From: the human T2T-CHM13v2.0 reference genome, Homo sapiens
Length of the DNA stretch: 64,000 nucleotides
Reading direction: 5' to 3' (one strand)
NCBI RefSeq assembly: GCF_009914755.1
Contig: NC_060927.1
Shown: positions 31,207 to 46,995 of the stretch, piece after piece
How positions within the stretch are numbered: position 1 is the first letter of the stretch
Layout of the letters: every line of letters begins with the position of its first letter
Notes under the pieces: model-generated
What the model was told of the DNA's origin: nothing
What the model saw: the letters and a program-made list of their open reading frames with translations, nothing else
The model's database searches: none
Position numbers and translations under genes: made by a program

Positions 31207-34200
31207 TGACTTCTAAGTCCACCAATCAAGAGGGACATGAGAATTTGCTTTTGTTTTGTAGTGGATATTAGAGAAGAGTAATTCTTAAAAAGGAGGATCT
31301 GTTAATTTGTCTATTACACACATTTATAATAATTGTTTTACTTATTCATTTTCGGACATGTGAGTTGCTTTAATTTTCCTGTACTTCTAGAAAAAAGGAA
31401 TAACATGGATTTGATCATTAGATTTTAGTTCAGTTACAAGCTCTGTACCTAACCTCTTTGAATTTCCTTATACCCTAAAAAGTAATTTCGATGTCAAATG
31501 GTTAATATAAATATTATATTCCATGTGGTAGTTTGTGCAAATATCTAGCTTAGTGCCTGATGCATAGAAGAAATAAACTTTAATTCTTTCCCCACCCTAT
31601 CTCACCCTTATAAAATGACTTAGAGACTTGGGACTGAAGATACTTCAAGTAGGATCTACCCGTTGCAAAAGGCATTAGGGCTGTTAACTTTCTGTACTTG
31701 ACACTGTCCTTAAATTAGTGTAGCCTAAGATTGAGTTAGATTTTTTGTTTGGCTATCTCCTCATATTGTTCACCTTTATTGTTTTTGTCTCTAAAACATT
31801 TTTTTGGTCTAACTCTTAAATGACTCAAGTCAAATCTTGCCGATAAATTGCTCAATAAATTCCCTTTGACAGAAGGTTTCCTCCTACTTTTCTTACCAAT
31901 AGTTTATTTGCACAATTCCTCTTGCTTCCTGCTCCCTTCCATGAGTCTATACACTTCTTGAGGCTCTCCTGGGATCCCATTCAGACTGCACAGAAGAGAA
32001 AATCTCTGATTATCTAATGGTGTTGAAAAGTCAACCAAGAAACAACATGGATTTAGTAAGAACAAATAAAGTCAAACAGTAAGGCATTGGTGTTTGTTGC
32101 TAACACTTTCTTAGAAGTGGCATTCTATAAAAGTATTTCTTGTTTACTAGATATCAGTAGATTTCTTTAAAAAAATTCATTCTAAGACCAAATTGATTTA
32201 ATGCTGTACCCTTTAAGTGATAGAACTTAACTAAATAATTGAGGTGAGGAGTATTTATCACTGATCTAACAGAAAATAATACATTTAATTATGGTCAACA
32301 TCCTTGGAAAAGTGGCTAAATGTATTTGAGCACAGAAAAAGAGACATAAGGATGATTGAACATTAAAAATCATAACTATAAAGATGAGGGAAATAAGCCA
32401 AGAGCATTTAGGCTAAAGAAAAGAGGATTAAAAACAAAACCAGTGCAAACAATATTCAGGAACAAATATCAGATTTTTTTTACTCCAAAATTAAATACAA
32501 ACATGTAAAGTAAAACTTTGCTTCAGAATATTTATGAAGTTAAGCATTAGAATTAATCTGAGAATTCAGTCAGGGATTCAATGAGATTTCTGTCAAAAGT
32601 TGTAGAAATACCCCCTCTTCATGAGTGAAATCATCATTTAAAGAGACTGATTTATGGATGGCAGTGTGCTGATGGGCTTCCTGCCCTATTACCTTTCTTT
32701 CTATCTGATCTCCTAAAGATAGAGTCACTGGAATTGATTTGTATGGAAAACTCCATATTCTAGTTATATCAGTATATTTATTAATGAATTTATATTCATT
32801 ATATTTGTTTAGTAATGAATTTATAATAAAAGTCAGAATTATACAGATTTTTTTATTTGGAAAGCTCTGATATGGGTCTGTTATGATTTTGGTTTGGGTT
32901 CTTCTGTTTGGGCTGGGTCCCTACTGTTAGGGATATTATCTACATCCAAGGATCCCTGGAGTTTGAAGCAAAGGGAAGTCACTCTGGAAGAATACCCAGG
33001 AAGGAGTAGCATAATTGGAAAACCGAGAAAGCTAGAAGTAAACTCATGTCTTGAGTTCAAAGGGCCACTTGGGGATGGATGCCTGATCCAGGAGGATTCC
33101 GCATAGGGTAGGGAAGGGGGAGGTATGGAGAGTTGTCAGATAAGAGTAAAATGTGACCATTCGTTGTAGAAGTACTCAGTCCTGTTGTGGGAGCAATGTG
33201 TCAATTCAAAGCAAATGCACAAACAGGGATGGTTTGTGCTCACCTTTCCTTGTTTAACCATCTGCTTCTGTTTCACCAGCCTGGTATTATAAAATGAGAT
33301 TATGTTTCTATTTTACACCAAATGGTTAGGGAATGATTCATCCTTGATCTCGTTCTGGGAAAGTAGCACCCTTTTAATGATATTGCTATTTTATTTGTAG
33401 AAGTTTCCTGGAGTAATGACCCTACTGTGCTCTGAAAAAGACCATCCATTTCCTCTGATCTGGTCTTATATCTTCTAATTGTGTCACTGACCAATGGCTT
33501 CAACTGCTGCTGATTCTGTGAGTAAGCTTTTGTGTGAGCAAAGCTAAACCATTGGTAGTTATTCTGATATGCTGCCTTTGACAATACATGACCTACAATC
33601 TGCATTATCCTCACCTGTTCCATCCAATTTGATATATGAGATAGCCTTCTGGGTTATTCAACTCCTTCAATCCTGTCTCTTTACCTCAGACATTGCCTGA
33701 TCTCAAGGAAGAGAATTTCATTCCCTTTCTTTTAAACTACAGCACAGATGTGACTAGGATAAGAATTTCAACAAGACTACTGAAGCTGCAGTACTGGACA
33801 ATGCACAGAGTAACTTGAAATTTGTCCTAGACATAATTACTCATAATAACCCACCTGTTCAAATCTGTTGTCAGGATCTCTGCTCAGCTCTTACAATGTT
33901 TCCTTGTGCTAGTGGGAACAAGCTCAACCCCTACAATGGGAATCTCCTGAGACTCACACATCTCAGTTCTTGTATATGCTTGTTTTCTGTGTTTCTGAGA
34001 AACACAGAAGTTCTTTCCTCCTCTAGTCTAAGTTCCATTTCCTCTCCAGTCACAGGAAACTGACATATTCTCTTGGAGAAATTTCCCCAATTTCTTCGTG
34101 CCTCTTACTGCCTTTTAATACAAATATGTGGAGTGGATTTTATTCATCAGATAAACTAAGCATCTTTTTCTATAGTATATTTAGCAAAATTGAGTTATAG

Positions 34201-34489
34201 AATCCTAAATTATGTTATTCATTGTGTCTTAGTCTAGTTTGGATCTGTGCCAAGCTCATGCCTATTCCTTCACACAACTTTTTCCATTACATGAGATGAA
34301 AGTATCATCACGATTATATCTTTGGACAAAACCTAATCTTGGGTGCTAATATGCATACATATTCTTCCTCCAAAAGACACAGGTATGCCCCATGTAGAGA
34401 TGCTTTACAGAATCCAGATTTATTTGAGAAGGAATCACAAAATAAATTAATAATTTAATAAAACTTGTCTATTTTGTTTTACCTCAGGA

Positions 34490-35504
34490 TTTTGCCCACT
34501 TTTTAATGGGATTGTTTTTTGCTTTTTAAGTTCCTTATAGATTCTGGATATTAGACCTTTGTTAGATACATAGTTTGCAAATATTTTCTCCCATTCTGTA
34601 GGTTGTCTGTTTACTCTGATGATAGTTTATTTTCCTGTGTGGAAACTCTTTAGTTTAATTAGGTCCCATTTGTCAATTTTTGTTTTTGTTGCAATCACTT
34701 TTCAAAAGAAGACATACACATGGCCAACAAGTATATGAAAAAATGTTCAACACCACTAATCATTACAGAAATGCAAATCAAAACTGCAGTTAGATACCAT
34801 CTCCTGCCAGTCAGAATGGTTATTATTAAAAAGTCGAAAAACAATAGATGCTCACTAGGTTGTGGAAGAAGGAGAATGCTTATATACTCCTGGTGGGTGC
34901 GTAACTACTTCAGCCATTGTGGAAAGCAGTTTCATGATTTTTCATAGAACTCAAAGCAGAATAACCATTAGACCTAGCAATCTCATTACAGGTTATATAC
35001 CCAGAGGAATAGAAATCATTCTATTATAAAGATACATGCATGTGTATGTTCATTGCAGCACTATTCGCAATAGCAAAGACATGGACTCAACCTAAATGCA
35101 CATCAGTGATAGACTGGATAAAGGAAATGTGATATATAGATCATGGAATACTATGTAGGCACAAAAGAGAATGAGATCATGTCCTTTGTAGCAACATGGA
35201 TGGAGCTGGAGTCTATTATCCTAAGCAAAGTAACACAGGAACACAAAAGTAAATACTGCATGTTCTAACTTAAAAGTGGGAGCTAAACATTGAGTATGGG
35301 GAACAACAGACACTGGGTCTACTTGAGGGTGGAGGAAGGAAGAAAGATGAGGATTCAAAAACTACCTATTGGGTACTATGCTTATTACCTGGGTGACAAA
35401 ATAATCTGTACACCAAACCATCGTGACACACAATTTACATATATAACAAACCTGCACATATACCCCTGAACCTAAAATAAAAGTTAAAAAAACAACAACA
35501 AAAA
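34490..35504 (+). mobile_element. Older L1 (L1PA13-16-like) with a 5' inversion
   Basis: Inverted segment 34490-~34695, then sense cacttttcaaaagaagacatac... to cctaaaataaaagttaaaaaaa. Confidence 0.93.
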
Positions 35505-37926
35505 CATTTCTTGAAATATTTACAGGTAGTGTTCTGCTGAGGATATCTGCTTAAGTTAATAGACCAAGACCAAGTCCTTCTATTTCAATTTTTCTTTTCA
35601 AGAACAATGAAAGAAATTTGAAAGTGTTATTTCTTACCTATATGTATAAACTAAAGGGTTCACTTAAGTGACCCCCTAAGCAGATCAAAGGGAGATCTTT
35701 CCTAAGAACTAATACCATTTTTATTTGAGAATATGATGTAAGATTTGTGAATCTTAAAATATCAGCCTTCCAACCTTAAAATCAAAAGAGACATTCTCCA
35801 TAAAATGTGTTCTTATAACACTGTTAAAGGACTGGATATTGAGTATTGATAAAACTGAGCGTCGCTCTTTTGTTTAAAAGGAAATACCAAATTAATAAGA
35901 CCCTTTGTTGGGTTTAGTTCTCTTCCTGAACACAAAGATTGTATAGCTACTTTGCTTATTTATGATCCTCATATGGTCTGTGGTCTCAGTGTTAAAGTTT
36001 TAATTATTTCAGAAACATAGAACTCTTACATATTTATGATGTTTTCCTATTGGGATATGGAAAAAGACTTGGTTATGTAGAGAAACTTATAATTTTTCCT
36101 TCCAAAAGTAGCTATGCTATAAGTAACATTTACAAAATAGGACTATTATTTATTTTTATAGTTATATTTTTGGAGCCCATTAGGTCTACTTTGGGAAGTA
36201 GATAGATTTTCTTGGTCCAGACTACAATCATGACTTCATTAGAGATTACTCTCTCGTTTGAGATGCATATAAAATTGATTTGCATCTCCTATTTTATGTC
36301 CAATAAGAAATCCAATGCTTTCTCCAACATTTCTGTGAATTCCCCGGAGTGTTCCTTCTCACAGTCACTTCTAATTTCAATTTCTAGTTTACTTTGAATT
36401 TAACCTATCTGTATGTTACTTCTAGCTTCTTTCTCCATAATCTACTCAAATAAGGAGCATTCCCCACGTGTTTAAGTTCTCTCATATACCACTCACGGAA
36501 AGCATTTGTAGACATAGTAGATTATACTGAAGATTTAAAGTGATAGGGATGGTAGAGGGTGCATTGCAGTAATATATAGCAATTCATTTTAAAAGTGAGT
36601 GGTAGATATGCCTATCTTTGAAGTTCTTTTCTTATCACTGCATTCTTTGCACCAACACCCAGAAATTTCCAATTGGCAACATTCCTTCATGGCTTCCTTT
36701 GGGCATAGAATATTTTGACTTCAGTGTTTTTGAAAATCTTTTGAATAAAATTCTTTTGTCAGAATTATTTTAATGCTAATTGATTTTTACTTAGTATTTT
36801 TCTGCAGTAAAATAGAGAAAATTAATAAAATGTAATTATAAATGATCTCTTTTCTATACAGCCTATTTTGATCATTTTTTTATTGAGTTTTTAAAAAACT
36901 GGTAGATTTTTACAGGCTAATCTTTAATAGAAAAAATTATCTCAGAAATTAGTACCTCTATTCATATCAAATTTGATCAATTTCAGCTCCTTGTTTTTCC
37001 TTTGTGGCTCTTTATGTTTAATAATAATTTCAATTTTCCCAAGCCAAATTTTCCAAATTTAAATTTGTTCAAAAATTGAGTTTTTCAACAGTTTTTAATG
37101 AATAACATGTTTTGATATATGCACTATTGGTCATTGTCAAGCTTTTTATTGATTGTTTATGCAGAATATTTATTTTAATTTGAGTAAGGGCTTGCATTTA
37201 ACATTAAAATAGTTATCAATTTTAATAATTGACACCATTATTGTTTTACAAATGTAAATAATATAAGACTTTGGCTGGAATATTCCTACTGTTTATTGTG
37301 GTTTCAAATGAAAGAGAAGGCGCACACATGGATACAGAACCAGCAGCTGGGGAACAAAAAGGGAGGTACAGAAACAGGATCACTGAGGAATAAAGACTTG
37401 CTACTTCTCTGGCTAAATAGCTCTTATGAAACACACAGTAGTGTCAGAATTCCTCCAGGGCAAACCTGTTGGTGTCAAAATAATGAGACGAAGCGCTTTC
37501 ATCGTCCTATTTTAGATCTTGCTTCCAAGTTCCTCATGATTCTGCAAGCCTCTGGGCCTCCTAACCCCTGAACTCCAGTCTCGACTAGACTTTCTCCACC
37601 CATAAATTCCTTATTGTTTTATTTTTTCTTATGGAAAGCAATTTAGAAATTTTCACATCTCCAGCTGAAACCCTGTAATTTCTCATTTAAAGTAACCTGT
37701 TCTGCTGGATATAAGGTCATCCATCATGGAGGAAATTAACCCTCTTCCTTAGTGGCAGAAGTAACTATAGATGGTTGTTGTGCTCCTTGAGTGAGTTAAA
37801 TACTTGTGCTATCTTTCCCCTCTGAAATGTTCAGACCTCATCATTACAAGGGCACTTTTATTTTTATTCCCCTTCTCTAGCACCCTTTCCAAGTATTTCT
37901 CTTTTTCCTATTTCCATTAGACTTCG

Positions 37927-37927
<1 letters not shown>

Positions 37928-37958
<31 letters not shown>
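37928..37958 (+). repeat. Poly(T) tract (31 nt)
   Basis: Directly visible. Confidence 0.95.
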
Positions 37959-37959
<1 letters not shown>

Positions 37960-38272
37960 TAGAACACGGATTTCCTCTCAGGGGTCTCCTCACTCTACCA
38001 CCACCAATCCCAAAGGTACTGATAGCTTGAAGGGATTTTCAGAGCTGGTACCAGCCAACAGAGGAGAAGATTTTGTACAGGACCTCTTCAGGGAGTGCTG
38101 CTCATATTATGCCTCATATTTACGATATTTCACTCATGTTTAAGGCCTGCCTTAGAGATCCAAACACTTCTGAGAATAAGTAGAGTATACTATATTTAAA
38201 GTTTCTATTTAACATAAAGAATATATTAGAATGTGGTGTTTTCTCAAAGCTAAGCATTTAGAACAAAATCTC

Positions 38273-38603
<331 letters not shown>

Positions 38604-39129
38604 TTAATAGCCTGATAGCCATTGCATTTTCTCAATATTCACACTAAATTGTACAGATGACAGAATTTTGCCTCATCTGAAGCATCCTGTTTAATTTATA
38701 GTTATATTAAATTTAAAATATCTGTTAAAATAAAAGCACAGGGACAGACACCACTGCATTGATTTATTTATTTATTTTAAAGTCATGATGCAAATCCATT
38801 CCATCCTTTCTTGCTTCAGGCTCTAGCCAACACACAATTTTTCATTAAAATGTTATTCGAACTGAGGACATCTGCAGCAGCTTGGAATGTATTTTCTTCA
38901 GTACTTGATTTTAAGCTCTCTATACGTCTTAGAATTCTCTCAAAAAAAAAATTCTACGACATGTTTGATTTTCACAGAAAAACAATAGCTACGCCTGTAT
39001 CAAGAGAAGTGCCAGTCTAAGTAAAAACATACCAGTTTCATTAACAGCACTTTTAACAGATTTAATTAAGTTTCTTATTCTGTTAATAATACTGTTCTTT
39101 GAATAAAAATGTTTCTGTATACTTTACAT

Positions 39130-39570
39130 CTTATTTATTAAGAAGTGTTTTAAGCATAGAGAAAAGTATACTGAAAATAATAATGAATACCTACCACCAC
39201 CCAACTTTGTCCAGTCATAATATTTTGTCATATATACTTCTGATATTTTAATTAAACAAAGATTCATTTAACTCCCTCTGCTCAATTATTACTTCTTCCA
39301 TTTTCTTCTTCTTCTAAAAGTAACTGACATCTTTGTTATTTATCAAAATGATATTTATACTTTTATCACATATATGCATATTCTGAAATAATATTTTTAT
39401 GTTGTTAAAGCATATAAATACAATAACAATATATTTGTTTCTTTGAGATAATTTTTTCACATTATTTTTTAAGGTTTTTTCTTATTAATAATTGTAGGTA
39501 TAGTGCATTCATTTTCACTGTACACAGATTCCATTGCATGAACACAGCACAATTTATTTTTCTTTGTCCT
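39130..39570 (-). mobile_element. Old L1ME 3' fragment
   Basis: tgtaggtatagtgcattcattttcactgtacacagattccattgcatgaacacagcacaatttattt. Confidence 0.6.
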
Positions 39571-42500
39571 GTTTTTCCTACTTGTTTATTTCTGTCCTAG
39601 CACTTATACTGTTAAAGAGCAACAAAGACATATGTGTATTAATAAATACTCTTTTAAACCATTGAGATTTGCAGAGGTTTGTTATGTAGCAATAGTGCTT
39701 ATTCCTGTAGTTGAAAATAACAGAATATCTCCTTTTTAATCCCTAAATCACTTTCTGTTTTCACTGGATCCATGTTTGTAAATTTATTGAGGGTCTCTAT
39801 CTTGGTTGACCAGAAAAGTGTATGTTCTTTGAGAGATGGTCCTGGAGTACCCATTGTAAGTGTTTATTCTCCCACACTATTATTCTTGGTTTGGTGATTC
39901 TAACAGTTATTTAATTTCTAAAATAAATAAAACAAGTTTATGTTAAGATCAACTTTGTAATATCTTTCTTTTTTACAAATGCCTAAACTTCATTTTAAAT
40001 AGAAACAAGTGCACCCAACTTTGAGTTTGAGTTATTCTTAAGTGAGCATACAGTCAGGAAATGTCTTATTCTAGGTTCTTCCATCTCCCTCTCCAGTGCT
40101 ATTCTCCATTACTGTTCAGCTTAGTTCATAGAGAGCAAAAAAGCCTCCCTCTGTGATGATTAAAGTCCATCACATTGGTGTTACCACCAACCTGAACTGT
40201 TTTTCTGTTTCAGCTTAAGATCATCTCCTGAACTCTTGACTTCTGACTTTGGTTTGGTTTGGCCATACTTGCCCTCTGGTATTTGGGTTCACTTTATTTT
40301 TTACTTATTTCTTTTCTGTTTCTTACTTATTTTATTCCTTGATATTTGGCAGTGCACAGATTCCAGAGGATCATTTGTTTTAGAACTACTACTTTACTGC
40401 TAATTTTTAACTTATCCTTAACAAACTTGCCTCCCCTTGACTTTCACTTACCCCTATGAGTGATCATCCAATTCTGTAATTTTTCTGGTAGATTTTTCCA
40501 AATGAAAAGGCCAATATTTATATTTTATAGGCATTGCTCCCTTTTATTTCTTTTTTTGTACTAGAGCCTGCATCTTGATAATCAATTGCTCATGTTGAAT
40601 GACCAATTATTAATTTTTATTGTTTTAATGGTTGCTTTAATTTGATGATTAATATGACCTAAAATAATTCAACTGCAAATGACCTATTGCTTCACACTTG
40701 GACAATATGAGAGTAAAAAAATGTGACAACTGCACCATTGTAATTTTTGATTTGGCACACTTGTAGATATGGCCTATGTTAAAATGTTCCTGCTTCACTC
40801 TTCTTCAGGAAGATATCTACAGTATTTCCTACTAATTGGCAATAGAATAGCTGCCTTATTATTTCTTTATTGTTGTAGGAATATTGCAGTCCTGTTGCCT
40901 TTAATCATAAAGCATTCATGCCTTAGTTCAGGGTTTAAATTTTTATGTATTTACGTGGGTTCCATGATAACCTTACTTCTAGTACCTTCTTTCACAGTTT
41001 TCTAGATCTACTGAAGCTATGGCCCAGTTATCTTTTTTTTTTTTCAACAGCAGATGGTTTATTAATGTCCATGTTACACTATTGTATGAATCATACATGC
41101 TAAGAGATCCCTTTTCTGGGGTTCATCTTCTTATCCTGAGTATGAGTGAAGATCAATAAGTATAGAACAATTGGAAAGAATGCATTCTGAAAAAGTTGCT
41201 TGTGCATTGATTAACCCTCTTCCCTAGAAAGTGCAAAACAATCTCTATGGCTCTCAGAGTTATTTAGATTTCACCATGAATGGGCTCAGAACTGCAGATT
41301 ATCAGGGCTGGGAAGGATAATAGAGTCTTTCTAATAAAATCTTAATTCATTAGTGCAGAAATGAATAAAATGACCAATATTTGATCAGTTTTGACTTTTA
41401 AAATGTAATGTTTGTATGATTCAGCTAATACATGAAGAGGATCAAGCCCAGACACTTGCCCAGTGAGATGTCTCTAGGGCAGAGCCCCCTGCACTATGAA
41501 AATTCATCTCAATGATACAACTTGCTTTGTCTCTCACTTTGCTTACCTGTCATTAAATTTTTTAAAACAAACTTGGTACATATTTAGAACTAAAGGAGAA
41601 AGAAAGAAACTATGTCAAAGTTTTCCTCAAAGGAAATTAGAACATTTCAAATGAAGAAGAATGATTGAGATATATTAGTATAACTCTTTGCCAGCAGGGA
41701 AGCATCCTGAATCATTTCTTTTGTTCCAAGCCATTCGGTTATTATCTAAATAGACTCTTCTCAAGCGATGAGTGAGTACCATTCCAAAAATCATTTGTAA
41801 GTGAGTTGCTCTATATCTTGGAAGACATTTCCTATACAAATGGCATAAGGAATGATTATGATGTACCCTGACCAGTCTTGCAAGTAACTTGAACATGTAA
41901 GGTACCTAAATGTATTGGAATTATTTCAAAATACATCTAGCCACCAGCTGTGCCATTATTTATAAGAGATAATTGCTTTCTTAATTCTAAGCCTTTCTCT
42001 CTCAATAGTAGCAGCCATGCCCAGCATTGATGCAGAGCCAGGCTTCACTGTGGGTAGGTTCGTGGATGTACTCAGGAACTATCAAGGAACTTTTTTTTGC
42101 TCAACCCAGTTCTGTATGTACATGATAGAAACGGGGTCTCAGGACAACCACTCAGCAGTTGTTTAGAATCAAAAGATAAAAGAACTCTACTTATGAGGAG
42201 ATGGGGCTGTAGACTTATATGGAAGTGCTTTGAGACACAATTGTTTATATACTGAGAATTACCTAATTTACTACGTATTTTGGGCTTGTCGTTTGTTTTT
42301 TTATTTTATTTTAGAAATTATACTATTTTGTGTCTTGCTTTATGGTAATTTGAGAGCTGCGTTTAATTAGAGCAGCAACTTTATACTGAACGACTTCAGT
42401 ATTTCTTGAATCTGAAATTTTCAAGTTCTTTTGTATTCAACCCAGTATTTTATTTTCATTCTACTTCATGATTTTTGATAATGTGCACTGTGGCAGCAAA

Positions 42501-44808
42501 AACTTTTAAACTTAAAAATTAACTCTGACTTGGCGAAGAAGCTTTGTTTCTGAAAGTAATTATTTGCAGTAATTGCGGTGCTATTTTCTGGAGAGGTAAG
42601 ATTCCTGGTGTCACAGGCCAACATCACACACACCGTCCCTGGGTCTCCTGCTGGCTCCTGTCAGATTAATGTGTGCAGCTCCCCTGCTGAAAAACCCACA
42701 TGGGTTCTCTTCCTGGGCACCTGTGGAGGAGGAGAGGGTTTTGTATTTTTCCCTTACATTTCTAGTGCTTTATTTTCTTTCTGATTAGGATGAAGAGAAT
42801 GAGGATAGCTAGAATGTGGATTGGGACACGAAGTATCACTTATTGTAATGCTGTTTTGGACAAAAGTTAATCTCAGGAACAAAAAAGTTGGATTTCTGAC
42901 CTTACGACATTTTCGCAATTTTCTGTCAAATTTTTTTGTTAAAGAATTCAATGAGACTTTGCTATCTCTCTCTATTGGCCCTCCCCTTTCTGCTCAAATC
43001 TTATCATTTTCTACTTCCTTACTTTATACCAACTTTTCTTTAAAAATGAGTAAATATTGCAAGTATTGGCTCTTGGTAAATGTTGGGAAGGTTCAAATGT
43101 GGACCTCTTATTATTTAACCACCCAATGCCTGGGTTGGCAATATTTGTATTTTTTCCTCTTTTCCATCCCTTATTAGAACTAGCTTTTCTCAAAGCAGAG
43201 TCGTCATCAGTAAACTTCAGGTGCCATAAGCTCCTCTCCACTGTTTTCCTTTATTCTAGGAGAGGAGAACTTGCAAGTGGGGATAGCTTCATTCTTATCA
43301 GGCAGTATCAGACTGTACTTTAATTTGAAGATCACAAGACCAATATCGATCTGAAATACCAAAAAATCCAAGTGCAAAGGGTGATAAGTCTTTCTGATTT
43401 GCTGTGCCAGATATTTAAAATCAATTACAAACCCTGCTGGAATGTCTTTTAATTTTTAAAAGTTTAAACGTGCAGTCCCAGAATATTTATTTGTTTCTTT
43501 ATTCTCTTTTTTAGTAGACTCTCTTCTGCAGTTAAGTGAATGGTGTAAATGTCTATGGTTGAGTTTCAATGTGTAAACAGCTTTGTAATTCATTCCTTAT
43601 GCTCTGAAAAATAAGGTCCTTTATCTCAATGAATACATTTTCCAAACAACATTTCTCCCTTTCTTGGTGTAATAGTTATGCTTTTAATATTTGCTAACTG
43701 AAAAAATGTACAATGACATTTGCTAATAGAGATTTTAAATGTGGTTTATTAATCACCAAGTCATATATATATAATATATATATAATACGTATATATATAA
43801 AACAGTATGTACAATGTAAGGCATATTTTTTTCAGTCTATTCAGTCTATAGACAATGCTTAGAGTGCAAATAGATACAAGAATCTCTGATCACATCTTCC
43901 TGTTGTGCCTCTAGGGCCCCCAGAAGTCCTCTCTTATTTATTAAAACCCACAAATTGCTGTAGGATAATCTGATTGTGTGATTTTTATTAGGGTATGTAA
44001 TAAATTTATGCTAATCATACACATGAGGTTAATGAGGGATCATCAACTATGATCTATATGAAATGCACTTCTTAACATTATAGAAAACTAAACGATAAAG
44101 ATGATTGGATGATCTCCTGGCTTATACTAAATCTGGTATTTGTTATAATGCATGAATCTTTACTTAAGCCCCATTCTTAAGGGATGAATTGCCTTGCATG
44201 TATGTTAACTGGTTTCTTCTTAGCATCACTTAGTCATCGGTTAGGAAGCCTTAGCTCTGTTGGTGGTTACACATAACATTTGGCAAGAAAATTACTTTTA
44301 TTCTCCTAATTTATTTCTGCTCAATTGCTATTAACAGTCAATCTACCTTATTGGAAGTCTAAAAGAAATGTTCTACCATATTAATCTATGCTTGACTTTG
44401 CTGATTAAGTGCTGCTGGCAGGGAATGTGCAAGGCCTTTAGCTCAGCCTAGACAGTTGTAAATCTAGCTCATTATTCTCTAGATCCCTGCACATTTATGT
44501 CTCTTTCTTAAGTGTTCTTACTCCAAAAGTTTTTGTGTTGTTATTATTTTTTAAATACAATTTGGAAACGATTCCTTTCATTAATACTTGGCTATGACTT
44601 AAACCATAACTTCTTCTAGAGAGAGTTGCTATTAAGGGCCTTGGGAAAGCCAGGAATCTGGGGTAGGGGGTGTGCAAGTTTTGCCCGTCATAGTATTCTA
44701 AGTGTCTAAAAAGAGAACTTCAGCTAGTAAATCTCAACCAGTGTTATATGAATGAATGAACAAATGTCCACATGACTCTTAACTAGGAGAAACTCAATCA
44801 CTGTTGTA

Positions 44809-44951
44809 CAGATGACTCCCCACTTATGGTGGCTTGACTTATAATTTTTGACTTAACAATGCAGTGACACCACCATCATAAATCAAGGGGTGTACTGAAC
44901 TTATGATGGATTCATCTGAATATAACCCCATGGTAAATAGAGGGATATCTC
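44809..44951 (-). mobile_element. MER47-like Tigger-derived MITE
   Basis: TA|cagatgactccccacttatg ... taaccccatggtaaatagagggatatctc|TA. Confidence 0.65.
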
Positions 44952-46341
44952 TATTTATTTCTGAGCCCTAATATCATACCACTTAGTAGTTTCCCATTCC
45001 CCTTATCTATAAGTGGAGCTATGCAATTATGAGGTCTAGGTATGGGAACTGTTTTGTCGCTTTTCAGAATTTAGATCAACATCTCACATGATGAATACTC
45101 TATTCAAATGCAGTCACGTGATTTTGTCATGTGTTTTCATAATTGGCTTGGCTTATATGGCTTATATAGATCTTAGGTCTTTTCACATTTGACTCTTTCT
45201 GTAGGGCTGCATTCATTGGTATGGACTAAGGAGTAAGTTACATCGAAATTTAGAATATGAATTCTATTTCACTGGTGAGCAGCTAACAATAGATTGCTTA
45301 TTTAATGGCATAATTTGTGATGATATCTGCTGAGATCAGCAACATAGGCCTAGTTGGTACATGACAGTACCACATTATCAAGTGATAATATAGCCATTAA
45401 CACACTGATGCTCTTGTAAATGTTTCCCTTGTTAAGAAATAATATAATCCTGGACATATCTGAAAATAAATCACTGGTATAAATAATATCTTTGGTTCTG
45501 TCTTAATCTCTGCCTCTGTCTTTCAGCTGATAGAGAAAGAGAATTCCTACAGCAAAAAAGGACTTTTCTGTAGCACTATCACAGTGGCATAACCTCCTCA
45601 AATTGTTACCGGATGTATTGCCAAACCACCACTGTGCCTGTTTTTTTGCTCAGCTCCTAATAGGTCTTGGCAGTTACCCATATCGAGCAACCCTGAGGCT
45701 CTGAGGGAGAGGTCTGAGTCTTTACGGCCTCTCAGAGACCTTGCTGTGACTTGGAATTAAGTAGATCTCTTCAGCAGCCAAAAAGAAAAAGAAGGAGGAG
45801 TGAGGGGGAAAGAAGAAAAAGTTAATAAAAATCTGCATCTATTATTAAGAATTTGTCTTTGTCTTGAAACCTTGCTTGTAAGAACTTGGAAAATTTAAAG
45901 AAAAACAAATTTCCAATCTGCTATGAGATTGTATATATGAGGCTTGTCTTTAAGGACATGATATTCTAAAAAGTCCCTTGAACTGACACATTGAGCCTAA
46001 AATGTGAGATTTTATTTATGCCTCTTTCAGAATAAGTAATTGATGACTTTCAACTGTCCCTTGAATAAACCTGGGTTGCACTTTAACATGAGAGAAGAAA
46101 TTAAGGCCTTATTCTTGAAGGTTGCCTGTCAATCTTAATTATTGAGCAAAGTTGTCATGACTATCGCATATATGAGTATACAATATTTGCTAGCGATATA
46201 AATATTTCAAGGAGCTATTGTAATTATTGAGGTCTGCCATTTAAATCTTTGGAATTAAAAGGAAAGCAACTCAATAGTATCCTTTAATATACTGAGTTCT
46301 TCAGAGCAAGGTGCAAGTTAAAACTAGGTTATTTTTAATCC

Positions 46342-46430
46342 ATTTATTTAGCACCGTGGTCATAATCAGAAAAGAGCATTTTATGTTCACATAGTATTTA
46401 TTTAGCAGAGTGGCCATAATCAGAAAAGAG

Positions 46431-46465
<35 letters not shown>

Positions 46466-46471
46466 TTCACA
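46342..46471 (+). repeat. 54-bp tandem duplication with a T32 expansion in the second copy
   Basis: atttatttagca..gtgg.cataatcagaaaagagcatttt...tgttcaca occurs twice. Confidence 0.9.
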
Positions 46472-46553
46472 GGCTTCCCAGTGAACAATGCTGCTTTGCA
46501 TAAGAAGAGTTGGCATTATTTACGTTCTTCTTGGCTGTATTTAACACCAATGA

Positions 46554-46927
<374 letters not shown>

Positions 46928-46995
46928 GGATTTAAATTTTTAAATTTCAGTACTGCTATCTCCCAGTTGTGAGACCTTGGGCAAATTATTTAAAC

